Assembly: GCA_009778715.1 (NCBI GenBank)
Contig: WRFR01000005.1
Span: 1,761 to 65,760 of the forward strand
From: Coriobacteriia bacterium
Lineage (GTDB): Bacteria; Actinomycetota; Coriobacteriia; WRKU01; WQUG01
DNA: 64,000 nucleotides
Direction: 5' to 3'
Shown: piece by piece, positions 27,585 through 36,869 of the stretch
How the letters are laid out: every line of letters starts with the position of its first letter
How positions within the stretch are numbered: position 1 is the first letter of the stretch
Position numbers and translations under genes: made by a program
Notes under the pieces: model-generated
Seen by the model: the letters and a program-made list of their open reading frames with translations, nothing else
Databases searched by the model: none
Told to the model about the DNA's origin: nothing

Positions 27585-27837
27585 GGGCGATCAAGTTCCG
27601 GGCGTCTGCCTTCAGCGCACTGGCCCCTTAGGACGGCGCCTTGATCGCAAGCGATAACGTATGTTCTTCGCGTTATGTATCATACAATATACGCTTTGCA
27701 TCCGCAGGTTGCTTTACGTAAAGCGCACAACAGTTGTTACATGCAGAGGGCTTCTGAGAGGCGCCCGTTACACTGATATATTGATATATTGCTACGAAGA
27801 TCACAATCGATTTATTTATTACCGAGGAGGCAAAGAA

Positions 27838-29028
27838 ATGGCGCACGTACGCTCATTGTTTTTCACGGGTGCTGCTTCAGAGAGCGAAGCCAAGGCGCAG
27901 GCGGCAAAGGCGGCGGGTCACCCGTCAAGCCTGATCTGGAACATCACGAACCGCTGCAACCTGAAGTGCAGTCACTGCTATATGGCGGCCGACGCTCACA
28001 TCCTGCCGGACCAGCTGTCCGACGAGGAGACCCTTGAGCTGGTCGATCGCATGAACGCGGCGGGCTGCCCGGTCGTCTTTTTGTCCGGCGGCGAACCCAT
28101 GCTGCGTAAGAACTTCTGGGAGATACTGGAGCGTGTTCACAGCTACGGTATCAAGCCGACGATATCGACCAATTGCACACTGGTGACCGAGGAAAACGCT
28201 GGCCGCCTCAAGGAAAATGGCGTGAAGTGGATCGCGACCTCGCTGTATGGCACGCGCGAATATCATGACGAGCTGACCCAGGTGCCGGGCACCTATGACA
28301 AGGTCATGAACGCGGTGCGCATCCTGCGCGCCAACGACATCGGCGTCGTGCTCAAGACCGCCATCACCGTCAACAACTGGGATTCGATCTATGACATGAT
28401 CCAGACCGCCAAGGACGAAGGCGTCGGCATCTTCTATATCTGCGACCTTATCACGAGCGGGCGCAGCGAGGGCGAGGAAGCCCTGCGTATCAGCAAGGAC
28501 CAGTGGCGCGAGCTCTGTGATTTCATCGTCTCTGACATGCTTGATCCAGAGAGCAAGATGGAGTACGACATCGGCGCGATCCCCTCGACGATCCCCTATA
28601 TCGCCGAGCAGTTCATCAAGCGTGGCGTCGATGTTGAGAAAGGGCTGCATCGCCTGTCACTCTTTTCTGCCTGCCCGGTGGGGCAGGGCCACATGGCCAT
28701 CAACAGCGAGGGCAACATCATGCCCTGCCAGTTCAGCCAGGAGTGGACCGTGGGCAACATTCGCGACATGAGCATCGAGGACGCCACCAAGCTGTTGCGC
28801 ACTTTTGGCGAGCAGCCGAGCCAGGGGCAGTGTGCTCCCGAAAACTGCGCCTACACCCACATCTGCCGTGGTTGCCGGGTCAAGGCCTGGATGCGCACCG
28901 GCGCCGAGAACGGTGGCAATGCGTTTTCCGAGGACTTCAGCTGCATCCTGGACAAAGCAACAGGAGAGCGCGACGTCGATCTGGCAGCAGCAGGCGTTGC
29001 TCCCTGCCAGGGGAGTTGCAGCCTTTAA
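27838..29028 (+). CDS. radical SAM/SPASM-domain protein, NirJ/AhbC/AhbD-like (possible alternative heme-biosynthesis enzyme)
   Basis: CNLKCSHC is the CX3CX2C motif within …SLIWNITNRCNLKCSHCYM…, and GGEP is the SAM-binding motif. It has a Cys-rich C-terminal SPASM/twitch region (…CPVGQGHMAINSEGNIMPCQ…CAPENCAYTHICRGCRV…). The start was set at the ATG with a GAGGAGG RBS (MAHVRS…). Confidence 0.65.
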   Translation: MAHVRSLFFTGAASESEAKAQAAKAAGHPSSLIWNITNRCNLKCSHCYMAADAHILPDQLSDEETLELVDRMNAAGCPVVFLSGGEPMLRKNFWEILERVHSYGIKPTISTNCTLVTEENAGRLKENGVKWIATSLYGTREYHDELTQVPGTYDKVMNAVRILRANDIGVVLKTAITVNNWDSIYDMIQTAKDEGVGIFYICDLITSGRSEGEEALRISKDQWRELCDFIVSDMLDPESKMEYDIGAIPSTIPYIAEQFIKRGVDVEKGLHRLSLFSACPVGQGHMAINSEGNIMPCQFSQEWTVGNIRDMSIEDATKLLRTFGEQPSQGQCAPENCAYTHICRGCRVKAWMRTGAENGGNAFSEDFSCILDKATGERDVDLAAAGVAPCQGSCSL

Positions 29029-29203
29029 AAGAGCGTGTCATTGCGAGAAGCGCGTAGCGCGACGTGGCAATCCAGTAATCTTTGAGAATGCGCTGTTACT
29101 TACGTTGTTGCTTGCATTCTTGAGGTATCGGTATCTAGCGATGAAGCGCTGGATATGCTAGTATCATAAGTCCGCTGCATGTAAATGCGGTGTCCGCGTA
29201 CGC

Positions 29204-29280
29204 GGGGGTATAGCTCAGCTGGTTAGAGCGCTGGCCTGTCAAGCCAGAGGTCGCGAGTTCAAGTCTCGTTACTCCCGCCA
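29204..29280 (+). tRNA. tRNA-Asp (anticodon GTC), with encoded CCA
   Basis: The sequence is GGGGGTATAGCTCAGCTGGTTAGAGCGCTGGCCTGTCAAGCCAGAGGTCGCGAGTTCAAGTCTCGTTACTCCCGCCA. A hairpin (GCAGACA-GTT-TGTCTGC) follows. Confidence 0.85.
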
Positions 29281-29331
29281 TTTCCGCCCTCATCTCCGCA
29301 GGCAGACAGTTTGTCTGCACAAGTACCACTT

Positions 29332-30966
29332 TCAGAGCAGGTCGAGCGTTGCCAGGATGTCGCGCTGGGCCTCGGTGAGAGCAGCATAGTTGATCTGCGG
29401 CGCTGGCGTGCACGGCGGCGCGGCGCTGGCCGGTCCGGATGGCGTGGATGGCGCGGTGAAGGGCAGCGTCCTGATCTGCTCAAGCATCTGTCGCCAGTTG
29501 ACTTTCCTGATGCCCTCCTGGGCTTGTTTTTTGTTGAGCAGCATACAGCGCAGGTAGGTTGCCAGAAAGCAAATGAAAAGGCGTCCATCGCGCAGAGCAC
29601 GATTTTGCTGGTCAATGCGTGAGAACACCGAGATTCGCTGCACCTGGGCAAATACATCTTCCAGAAGGTGACGTTTTCGGTAGAGTATGGGGATAAACCA
29701 AGTTTGCAGCTCGGGGTCATTTGAGATATACGCCGACCAGCCTGCGATCTTCAGCACCTGCTCAAGCTCTGCGGCGCTCAGCCCCCGGGCAAAGGCTGCG
29801 CGTTCTGCCAGGGCATAATCCGCTGAGCTGAAATAGGTATGCAGGAACAGGTCAATTCCCGCTATCGTGATCGGGCGCCGTGCGCCGTACGCGTCCTCCT
29901 CTGCCAGCCAGTGCGCTGGCGTGCAGACCTCCTGCCGAAAGTCAGGCAAGCAAATGCGCGCGCTCTGGTTAAGCTCCGATGAAAGCGGCGCGACAAAACG
30001 CGGCGTTTGCCGGTTGATACATTTAAGGTTTTCAGAGGTAACAAACTCCCGGTTAAAGGTATAGCCGATCTCTTTGATCCCGAATTTATGGCTGTTCTTC
30101 ATGACTGAGCTCAGTGAGGCCTGCCTATGCCCTTTTCTGAGCGGGAAGCGGTTATAGAAAAGCGGCATACCGGTATCCCTGCCGAGGAACATCCAGACAT
30201 CGGTTTCCGGATAGCTTGCGTTAAAGCAGGCGTAGGCGTCCTCGTCGCGCTGCTGCGCCCAGCAGGTAAAAAACTCCATCTGGCGCTCGTTGGTAAGCGA
30301 AGTCAGGAGTTTGTGCATCTGGGCCCGGTAAGGGAACAGGATATGTTTTAAGGAGCCCCTGAATTCATAAATGTCGCCGGTGTCGTCGATCAGTTGCAGT
30401 ATGCCTTCAAACGCGGCGCAGGCAGCGCAGGTCAGCAGGAGTTGCCAATCTTCGCCAAATGCCTTCTGGAGACAGGTATCCAGATGGTTGCGTTCGGTCA
30501 ATACCTCGAGAAGGTAGTTTGGGCCAAAGGCCTGGTTGCGGGCGGCGCGGGGGAGCAGGCGCTGATGGTCCGCGGGATCCCCGAAAATCTCATAGTAGCG
30601 CGCATTGGGGAGCAATCTGCCCGTCGATGGGTCCTCTTTGCCGATCAGCACTGTCTCGCTGGTAGGTGCTCCCTTGGCATTGCGATAAGCGCGCACAGTG
30701 TAGTAGACATAGCGCGTCTCTTTGGGGCCTTTGCGGAATATGATGTTTTGCCCGGGGAGGTCAACGAGCGTCGGTGTGCCAGGTGCTGGCGCGGTCGGCG
30801 TTGACGTGTCCGGTGTTGGTGTACCCGGCGTCAGTGCGCCAGGAGCTTGTGTATCAATGGAAAGAGAAAGGGGTTTCATACCAGGGCTTTCACTCGTATT
30901 GCTTACCAATCGATAGTAGCAAACCCTGGAAATAACTTTAGAATTTCTGTATATGATATCACACAT
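29332..30966 (-). CDS. hypothetical protein, possibly an IS1634-family-like transposase
   Basis: It is 544 aa. The N-terminal segment …ETRYVYYTVRAYRNAKGAPTSETVLIGKEDPSTGRLL… resembles the conserved N-terminus of IS1634-type transposases. It lies right after tRNA-Asp, and a 10-bp direct repeat ATCTCCGCAG flanks the segment at 29292 and 31092. I found no clear terminal inverted repeats. Confidence 0.3.
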   Translation of the reverse strand: MCDIIYRNSKVISRVCYYRLVSNTSESPGMKPLSLSIDTQAPGALTPGTPTPDTSTPTAPAPGTPTLVDLPGQNIIFRKGPKETRYVYYTVRAYRNAKGAPTSETVLIGKEDPSTGRLLPNARYYEIFGDPADHQRLLPRAARNQAFGPNYLLEVLTERNHLDTCLQKAFGEDWQLLLTCAACAAFEGILQLIDDTGDIYEFRGSLKHILFPYRAQMHKLLTSLTNERQMEFFTCWAQQRDEDAYACFNASYPETDVWMFLGRDTGMPLFYNRFPLRKGHRQASLSSVMKNSHKFGIKEIGYTFNREFVTSENLKCINRQTPRFVAPLSSELNQSARICLPDFRQEVCTPAHWLAEEDAYGARRPITIAGIDLFLHTYFSSADYALAERAAFARGLSAAELEQVLKIAGWSAYISNDPELQTWFIPILYRKRHLLEDVFAQVQRISVFSRIDQQNRALRDGRLFICFLATYLRCMLLNKKQAQEGIRKVNWRQMLEQIRTLPFTAPSTPSGPASAAPPCTPAPQINYAALTEAQRDILATLDLL

Positions 30967-31161
30967 TTACCACAAAATTCATTCTATTATCATAGTGCGC
31001 TTCGCCTGATTTCCTGTGCCCGCACAAGAGTTGAGAAGGGTTTCAGGCGAGGCGTCTACCAGATAGTATGCCCGTTATGATCGCCGCAGAAATCTCCGCA
31101 GAAAGGGGGTGAAAAGATGAGGCCACGTAATGGGCTATTTCCCAATAAGAAAGGAATCCCT

Positions 31162-32847
31162 ATGAAAAAAATCCCTATGAAAGAATCTCTCTTACCTTTA
31201 TGCGCAACTCTGATGATGGCGCTGCTGCTCGTCTTTGCTTTTGCCGCGAGCGCTGTCGCAAAGTATGCCGGATACGCAACCGATGGTTCTCTGGCCTCTC
31301 CTGCAGGCACGCCCTCGACGACGCCAGGCTATCTGTCCTGGGGCGGAGCAGCCGGGCTTATGGAGGCAAACGGCGTCGCGGAAGGCCTGCGGGGCTCTGC
31401 GCATGGCGGTTATCTTACAACGACGACCAAGTGTGTGGTCTGTCACAGTGTTCATCGCGCTATCGGCGGCGCGGCAGTTGGCGAAATAAGCAACCAGTTT
31501 CTGACGAGCGGTGGCGCCGCCTGTGTCCAATGTCATACAACCTGGGGCGCGACTCCGACCACCTCCCTCATTGAGTGGGCAAGTCCTGCGCAAGGCGGCG
31601 CGGGTCCGCACAGCAGCAGCCATGTGACTGGCAGCCAAAACGGAGGCTGCGGTAACTGCCATCGCGGAGGTATCCACGGCGCCGGCAACTCCCGGTATTG
31701 GGGAATGAACGCCTTTTTGTTGGGCAACGCCAATGACGATCAGATCGATGAAGAGCTTCCTTTGCAGACCGCTCGCGCGCAGGAGGGTGGTAGGGCGCTG
31801 GTCAGCGATGGCACAGCAGGCGATCATACTGATTGGTTTGTTAACGGCGGCACTTTTGCGCCCGGTAATGGGTCGATGCCGACTGACTTTACCCGTAGCG
31901 CTGACATTGCGATCTTTGCGGCAGCCAAGTCGTTGGTGACCGGCTACACCTGTGGGCAGTCAGGGTGCCACCGCAATTCTGCCTTTGCCAATCTGACCTG
32001 GGGGCAGACCTATAGTCGCGCACAGCTCGGCGGCGTTACGCCCCAATTCATGACGACGGGCCACAGCAGTGTCCCCGGAGCAAATAACGCAACGGGTTCG
32101 GGCTCTGATTCGGCGGGTTGCGCTCCCTGTCATGCGGGCACGGTTGCCGGAGGCTACCGGTATATGGGCTATGGCGCCGCGAACTATTATCAGGTCGATG
32201 GCTCTGATCCTAATCATTCGGCCCGCGCTTTTGGTTGCGACCAATGTCACGACATGATCGGTGTAGCAACGAATTCAACGGCGTTTCCGCATGGGAACCG
32301 GGCCATCCAGGTCTATCAGTGGGAAGGCCCCGCGGGCGCTGCGATCGATGAGATCACTCAGACGACTTTGGCGGTACCTTCGGGCAACATCTGGATGTAT
32401 CAAGGCAATATGGCTGCTATCGAGCAAGGCACGGGTACGCCAGCCTCTCCGGGGCTGGCCTGGGAAGACGGTACCTGGGGCCAGACTATCGGCCCTGATC
32501 GCAGCACGAAGATGCTTGATCCCAACATCACCGTGGTCCAGGGGGCCGTCGGCCCCGGCGCCCAAGGCGGTCCGGGCCAGGTCACTGATGGGGTCTGTAT
32601 GAAATGCCATGTTTCCTTTGACGCTGCGTCAGTGGCGGCGGCAGAAGCGGCAACCAGCTTACCGGTGAACTATCTGCGTATCAGCGGAGGGCACCATGGA
32701 GGCTGGGGAGCTCATCCTGCTTCAGGCAATACGGCGTATGGCGTAGGCCTTGCGCAGATCAACCCCTACAACGGCATGGATGCTGGCGGAACTGATCCGC
32801 AACCCTCCGGCACTGCGGGCGCGCGTCTGCTGTACCTCTGGAGATAA
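31162..32847 (+). CDS. secreted multiheme c-type cytochrome (6 CXXCH + 1 CX4CH)
   Basis: It has a signal peptide (MKKIPMKESLLPLCATLMMALLLVFAFAASAVA). The heme-binding motifs are CVVCH, CVQCH, CGNCH, CAPCH, CDQCH and CMKCH, plus CGQSGCH. The protein is Gly-rich. Confidence 0.7.
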   Translation: MKKIPMKESLLPLCATLMMALLLVFAFAASAVAKYAGYATDGSLASPAGTPSTTPGYLSWGGAAGLMEANGVAEGLRGSAHGGYLTTTTKCVVCHSVHRAIGGAAVGEISNQFLTSGGAACVQCHTTWGATPTTSLIEWASPAQGGAGPHSSSHVTGSQNGGCGNCHRGGIHGAGNSRYWGMNAFLLGNANDDQIDEELPLQTARAQEGGRALVSDGTAGDHTDWFVNGGTFAPGNGSMPTDFTRSADIAIFAAAKSLVTGYTCGQSGCHRNSAFANLTWGQTYSRAQLGGVTPQFMTTGHSSVPGANNATGSGSDSAGCAPCHAGTVAGGYRYMGYGAANYYQVDGSDPNHSARAFGCDQCHDMIGVATNSTAFPHGNRAIQVYQWEGPAGAAIDEITQTTLAVPSGNIWMYQGNMAAIEQGTGTPASPGLAWEDGTWGQTIGPDRSTKMLDPNITVVQGAVGPGAQGGPGQVTDGVCMKCHVSFDAASVAAAEAATSLPVNYLRISGGHHGGWGAHPASGNTAYGVGLAQINPYNGMDAGGTDPQPSGTAGARLLYLWR

Positions 32848-33038
32848 AGAGCTTTTCCTCCTTCATATAGCCCCGATCGAGGCAAGGGGCGGCAGAGAGA
32901 AGTGGCCGGCCGAAAGACCGGTCACTTCTCGTTTGTTTTTTTGATTCGCTTCGCTCTCTTTGCAGGCGGTCGCATTGAAATCCGCTCCCCTGTCTGCTTG
33001 CGGTATTATCGAAAACGGCGAAACGAAAGAGGTGTAAG

Positions 33039-34280
33039 GTGGCAGTGATCCCTGATTTTGATTTGAAAGTGCGAGCGTATGCCGAGCTAATGGTGAAGCG
33101 GGGGGTCAACCTGCAGCCGGGCCAGCTGCTGATGCTTTCTGCGCCGGTTGAGGCGGCTGGTTTCGCGCACACGGTGATGGAGGTTGCCTGGGAGGCAGGC
33201 GCCAAAGACGTGCTGGTGCGTTGGGGCGATAACACAGGTGGCGAGCTGCGCCTGCGCCACGCCGCGATCGAGGTGCTGCGCGACATCCCAGCCTGGTTGG
33301 CGGCATCCTACAATGACTATGCCACTGAGGGCTGTGTCTTTCTGGCGCTCGATACGGAGTTCCCGCCACCCGCGGGGCTTGACCCGGAGAAGATGAGCGC
33401 TTCACGTATCGCGCGCATGCAGGCAACCGAGCCTTTTACTGAGGCGCGCATGCAGGGTGTGGTGCGCTGGTGCATCGGCTCGGTGGCAACTGCCGAGTGG
33501 GCCTCGCTCGTTTATCCGGAGCTGGGGGCAGGCGAGGGGCTTGCGGCCTTGTGGCACGACGTGCTCTTCTGCACGCGCTGCCTTGAGGATAATCCGCTGG
33601 CTGCCTGGGATGCTCATATCGCGCGCAACAACGCCTACCGCGACAAGCTCAACGCCGCGGGATTTGTGGAGTTGCGCTTTACGTCCGGGCTGGGCACCGA
33701 CCTGCGGGTTGGCCTGCCGGGCGGCTATTACTTTGCGGGCAGCCAGGAGACCGACAGCCACGGCGATCCCTACATCGCCAACATGCCGAGCGAGGAGATA
33801 TTTTCCGCGCCCCATCGCGAGCGCGTGGACGGTGTGGTAGTCGCGAGCAAGCCGCTCTTCTATAACAACACGCTGATCGAGGGCCTACGCTTTACCTTTA
33901 AAGCAGGCAAGGTGGTCGACTTTTCAGCGGACACGGGCGCTGAGGTCATCGAGAAACTGCTTGCGACCGACAGCGGGTCTGCGCGCCTTGGCGAGGTGGC
34001 CCTGGTGCCAGCCGAGTCACTCATCGCGCGCACGGGCAAACTTTTTTACACGACGCTTTATGATGAGAACGCGGCCTGCCACCTGGCGCTGGGGGCAAGC
34101 TACCCTGAGTCGATCTCTGGTGGCCTGGAGATGAGCAAGGAGGAGCTTGAAGCAGCCGGCATGAACCAGTCGCTCGAGCACGTGGATTTCATGTTCGGCA
34201 CGCCAGACCTGCAGGTCACCGGCGTGGATGCAGCAGGAATTGAAACTCCGGTATTTACGCAGGGAACCTGGGCGCTCTGA
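33039..34280 (+). CDS. aminopeptidase, M29 family (AmpS/PepS-like)
   Basis: It is 413 aa. The N-terminal …DLKVRAYAELMVKRGVNLQPGQ… and overall architecture are typical of thermophilic-metalloprotease M29 aminopeptidases. It has a GTG start. Confidence 0.65.
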   Translation: MAVIPDFDLKVRAYAELMVKRGVNLQPGQLLMLSAPVEAAGFAHTVMEVAWEAGAKDVLVRWGDNTGGELRLRHAAIEVLRDIPAWLAASYNDYATEGCVFLALDTEFPPPAGLDPEKMSASRIARMQATEPFTEARMQGVVRWCIGSVATAEWASLVYPELGAGEGLAALWHDVLFCTRCLEDNPLAAWDAHIARNNAYRDKLNAAGFVELRFTSGLGTDLRVGLPGGYYFAGSQETDSHGDPYIANMPSEEIFSAPHRERVDGVVVASKPLFYNNTLIEGLRFTFKAGKVVDFSADTGAEVIEKLLATDSGSARLGEVALVPAESLIARTGKLFYTTLYDENAACHLALGASYPESISGGLEMSKEELEAAGMNQSLEHVDFMFGTPDLQVTGVDAAGIETPVFTQGTWAL

Positions 34281-34378
34281 TAGGATAGACTTACAGCGTT
34301 TTATGCAAGGAGCGCTGCAGGGGAGCTCGAAGGGGAGCTTTTAGAGGGACCTTATAGAGAAAAGGAAGAGGAGCGGCC

Positions 34379-35308
34379 ATGAGAACTCGTGTAGAGATGA
34401 AAACTGTAGCAAGGGAGAACTTCCGTCGTTGTACCGGCGTGTTCGTAGCTGCGGCAGCGATACTGATCGTTCTAGGGGGCGGCTATGGTGGCATCACCGC
34501 CAGTAACAATGTGCGTAATTTGTATACGGAGAACCATCAGAATCTGACGGTTCAGACTACAGGATTGTCTGCGCAACAAACCGCGGACCTCAATCAGTTT
34601 GTAAATCAGTTTGCTCAATCAGGAGCGCTTACGGCCACGGCAGCGGTAATCTCTCTGATCGTATCGTTGGTAGCGCTTGCGCTTGCTATCGTTGAAATGA
34701 TCCTACAGATAGGCTTCAGCCATATGGCTTTGATCACCAGTGCAGGGGGCACTCCGAAGTTCGGTGACTTCTTTGTCCCGTTCAAGCGTTTTGGCCGCTG
34801 GTTTGGTTTCTCCTTGATGATGGGGTTGCGGATATTTCTCTGGATGCTTTTGTTCTTTATTCCGGGGATCATCGCTATCTACCGTTATAGCGCGGCAACT
34901 TATCTGATGCTTGAAGATCCCAATATGGGGATCAACGAGTCGCTGAGGAAGTCTGGCGAGCTGATGCGCGGGTACAAAGGAAAGCTCTTTGTTTTGGACC
35001 TCAGCTTCATCCTGTGGATACTTCTGACCGCCATCACGTTTGGCTTGGTCGGGTTGTATCTGAGGCCCTATACGGAGCTGACTCGCGTGCAGTTCTATTA
35101 TGACTTGCGTCGGGAGCATCCCGTTGAGGGACTGCCGCCCACAATGGCCTTCGCAGCCGCGACACCACAGCCAGTCGCTCCGGTTCCACCGATTGCGTCG
35201 CAACCTGTACCACCGGCGCCACCAGTTCCACCTGTACCACCAGCTCAGCCAGCCGCTCCTGTGCCTCCGGTACCACCGACCCAACCGACGCCGCCGGCAG
35301 GGTTATAA
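34379..35308 (+). CDS. DUF975-family integral membrane protein with a Pro-rich C-terminal tail
   Basis: The conserved core is …IPGIIAIYRYSAATYLMLEDPNMGINESLRKSGELMRGYKGKLFVLDLSF… between TM helices. The C-terminus carries (PVPP)n repeats. Confidence 0.5.
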   Translation: MRTRVEMKTVARENFRRCTGVFVAAAAILIVLGGGYGGITASNNVRNLYTENHQNLTVQTTGLSAQQTADLNQFVNQFAQSGALTATAAVISLIVSLVALALAIVEMILQIGFSHMALITSAGGTPKFGDFFVPFKRFGRWFGFSLMMGLRIFLWMLLFFIPGIIAIYRYSAATYLMLEDPNMGINESLRKSGELMRGYKGKLFVLDLSFILWILLTAITFGLVGLYLRPYTELTRVQFYYDLRREHPVEGLPPTMAFAAATPQPVAPVPPIASQPVPPAPPVPPVPPAQPAAPVPPVPPTQPTPPAGL

Positions 35309-35340
35309 GAGCAGGACAGCGACAGCGCAACAGGGGCCAG

Positions 35341-36162
35341 ATGGCGATGAGGTCTCGCATAGAGGTAAAAACGGCGGCGAAGCAAAACTTCGCGCGCTGC
35401 AGTAGGGTGTTTCTTATGGCGGGCGCTCTTCTGGTCATAGCAGGCCTTATTGCGGGGCTCCCGACCGACTTTATTACGACGCCCACGGCGACCAACCAAC
35501 AGCTGCTCGATGTGCAAAATGAGATGTCCAGCGTGCTCGCGAAAGGAAACTCAGCGACTCTGCAGGAGACCAATCGGGCACTCAATGACTTTCTGAGCCT
35601 CTATGGGGGGCTTAAGAATATCACTACTGCAGGCTATCTGGCTGTTCTGTCGCTGCTCCTTTCGCTGGGGGTCTCAGTTCTGCAAGTGGGTTTAAGTCAT
35701 ATCGCTCTGATCGCCAGCGCGGGCGGCGAACCGAAGACGTCACAGATATTTGAGTCGCTCAAATCCTTTGGGCGCTGGCTGAGCCTTTTTGTCATGATCT
35801 TCATTCGTACGATACTGTGGGCCTGCTTATTTATCATCCCGGGGATCGTGGCTGCTTACCGCTATCGCCAGGCTGTTTACCTGATGCTCGAAGATCCTGG
35901 GATGGGGATCAATAAAGCGCTGAAGCTCTCCAGGGAGTTGATGCGGGGCTACAAAGGACGGCTTTTCGTATTAGACATCAGCTTTCTCCCTTGGCTCGTT
36001 CTGTCGGTCATTACCTTTGGCCTGGCCGAGCTGTTCGTGATTCCCTATCGGGAGCTGACGTATGTTCAGTTCTATCGTGACCTGCGAATGGAGCATCCCG
36101 TTGAAGGCCTGTTGGCTAAAGTGAGCGTGGTTACGCCACCACCAGCCTCGCCTGTAGCGTAA
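35341..36162 (+). CDS. DUF975-family integral membrane protein (tandem paralog)
   Basis: It has the same core (…IPGIVAAYRYRQAVYLMLEDPGMGINKALKLSRELMRGYKGRLFVLDISF…). Confidence 0.5.
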   Translation: MAMRSRIEVKTAAKQNFARCSRVFLMAGALLVIAGLIAGLPTDFITTPTATNQQLLDVQNEMSSVLAKGNSATLQETNRALNDFLSLYGGLKNITTAGYLAVLSLLLSLGVSVLQVGLSHIALIASAGGEPKTSQIFESLKSFGRWLSLFVMIFIRTILWACLFIIPGIVAAYRYRQAVYLMLEDPGMGINKALKLSRELMRGYKGRLFVLDISFLPWLVLSVITFGLAELFVIPYRELTYVQFYRDLRMEHPVEGLLAKVSVVTPPPASPVA

Positions 36163-36188
36163 CTGCCAGCTCTATCTTCTTCGCCTGT

Positions 36189-36719
36189 TCAGCTTTGAGC
36201 GTGCCGTAACTCCAGATTCAGCAGGAGTTTTTTCCGCCACAGTCCCCCTCCGTAGCCGCCGAGCGAACCATCGGCTGCGATGACGCGGTGACAGGGAACA
36301 ATGATGCTGATCGGGTTGTGGTGATTGGCGCCCCCGACAGCACGCGCCGCGCGGGGTCGGCCTACGATCTGCGCTAATTCACGATAGCTGACGGTCTCCC
36401 CATAGCTGATGTCCTGGAGGCCGCGCCAGACTTCCTGCTGAAACACCGTGCCAGAAGTCAGGTCGAGGGGCAGGTCGAAACTGCGGCGCGTACCTTTCAG
36501 GTATTCGCGGATCTCACGCTCAGCAAGGTCCAGGATGGCCGATGCGGCGGGGAGACAGGAGGGATCGCTCTCCCGTTGCGCTACTGCTGATAACGGCGAT
36601 GGTTCTGGCCGTGTCGCCGTCTTATCAACGAACTCAAGGCCGACCAGCGACTCGGTGGTCGCGGCAAGTTCGATCTCTCCCAGTTCTGTGGAAAACCTTC
36701 GGTGGAAAACCTCCTGCAT
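36189..36719 (-). CDS. ogt: methylated-DNA-protein-cysteine methyltransferase
   Basis: The active site is PCHRV (…IIVPCHRVIAADGSLGGYGGG…). The start was set at the internal Met, giving 177 aa. Confidence 0.85.
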   Translation of the reverse strand: MQEVFHRRFSTELGEIELAATTESLVGLEFVDKTATRPEPSPLSAVAQRESDPSCLPAASAILDLAEREIREYLKGTRRSFDLPLDLTSGTVFQQEVWRGLQDISYGETVSYRELAQIVGRPRAARAVGGANHHNPISIIVPCHRVIAADGSLGGYGGGLWRKKLLLNLELRHAQS

Positions 36720-36869
36720 GATCTCTCCATATCTTTTTTTCACGTCTTTGAACTCCTGCTCTATGCTACACCACCCTTTATTTTCAGGAGAGGTAAGAAG
36801 GCGGTAAGGGGATGGTAAGAGCTTCCTGCTACGGTGAAAGCCGCAATGGTTCAAAGAAAGGAAGCTTTT

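Noticed and set aside
27661-27837. N-terminal 59-aa extension of the radical SAM ORF (27661 start).
   Set aside because: The extension is AT-rich and Cys/Tyr-odd. A GAGGAGG RBS precedes the internal ATG at 27838, which gives a canonical radical SAM N-terminus.
29302-29335. Terminal inverted repeats for the putative IS element next to tRNA-Asp.
   Set aside because: Comparing both ends gave no convincing terminal inverted repeat. The palindrome right after tRNA-Asp (GCAGACA-GTT-TGTCTGC) is better explained as the tRNA terminator hairpin. The mobile-element call stays tentative.
35150-35300. A proline-rich PVPP repeat segment as a separate feature or gene.
   Set aside because: It is the in-frame C-terminal tail of the first DUF975 gene, not an independent element.
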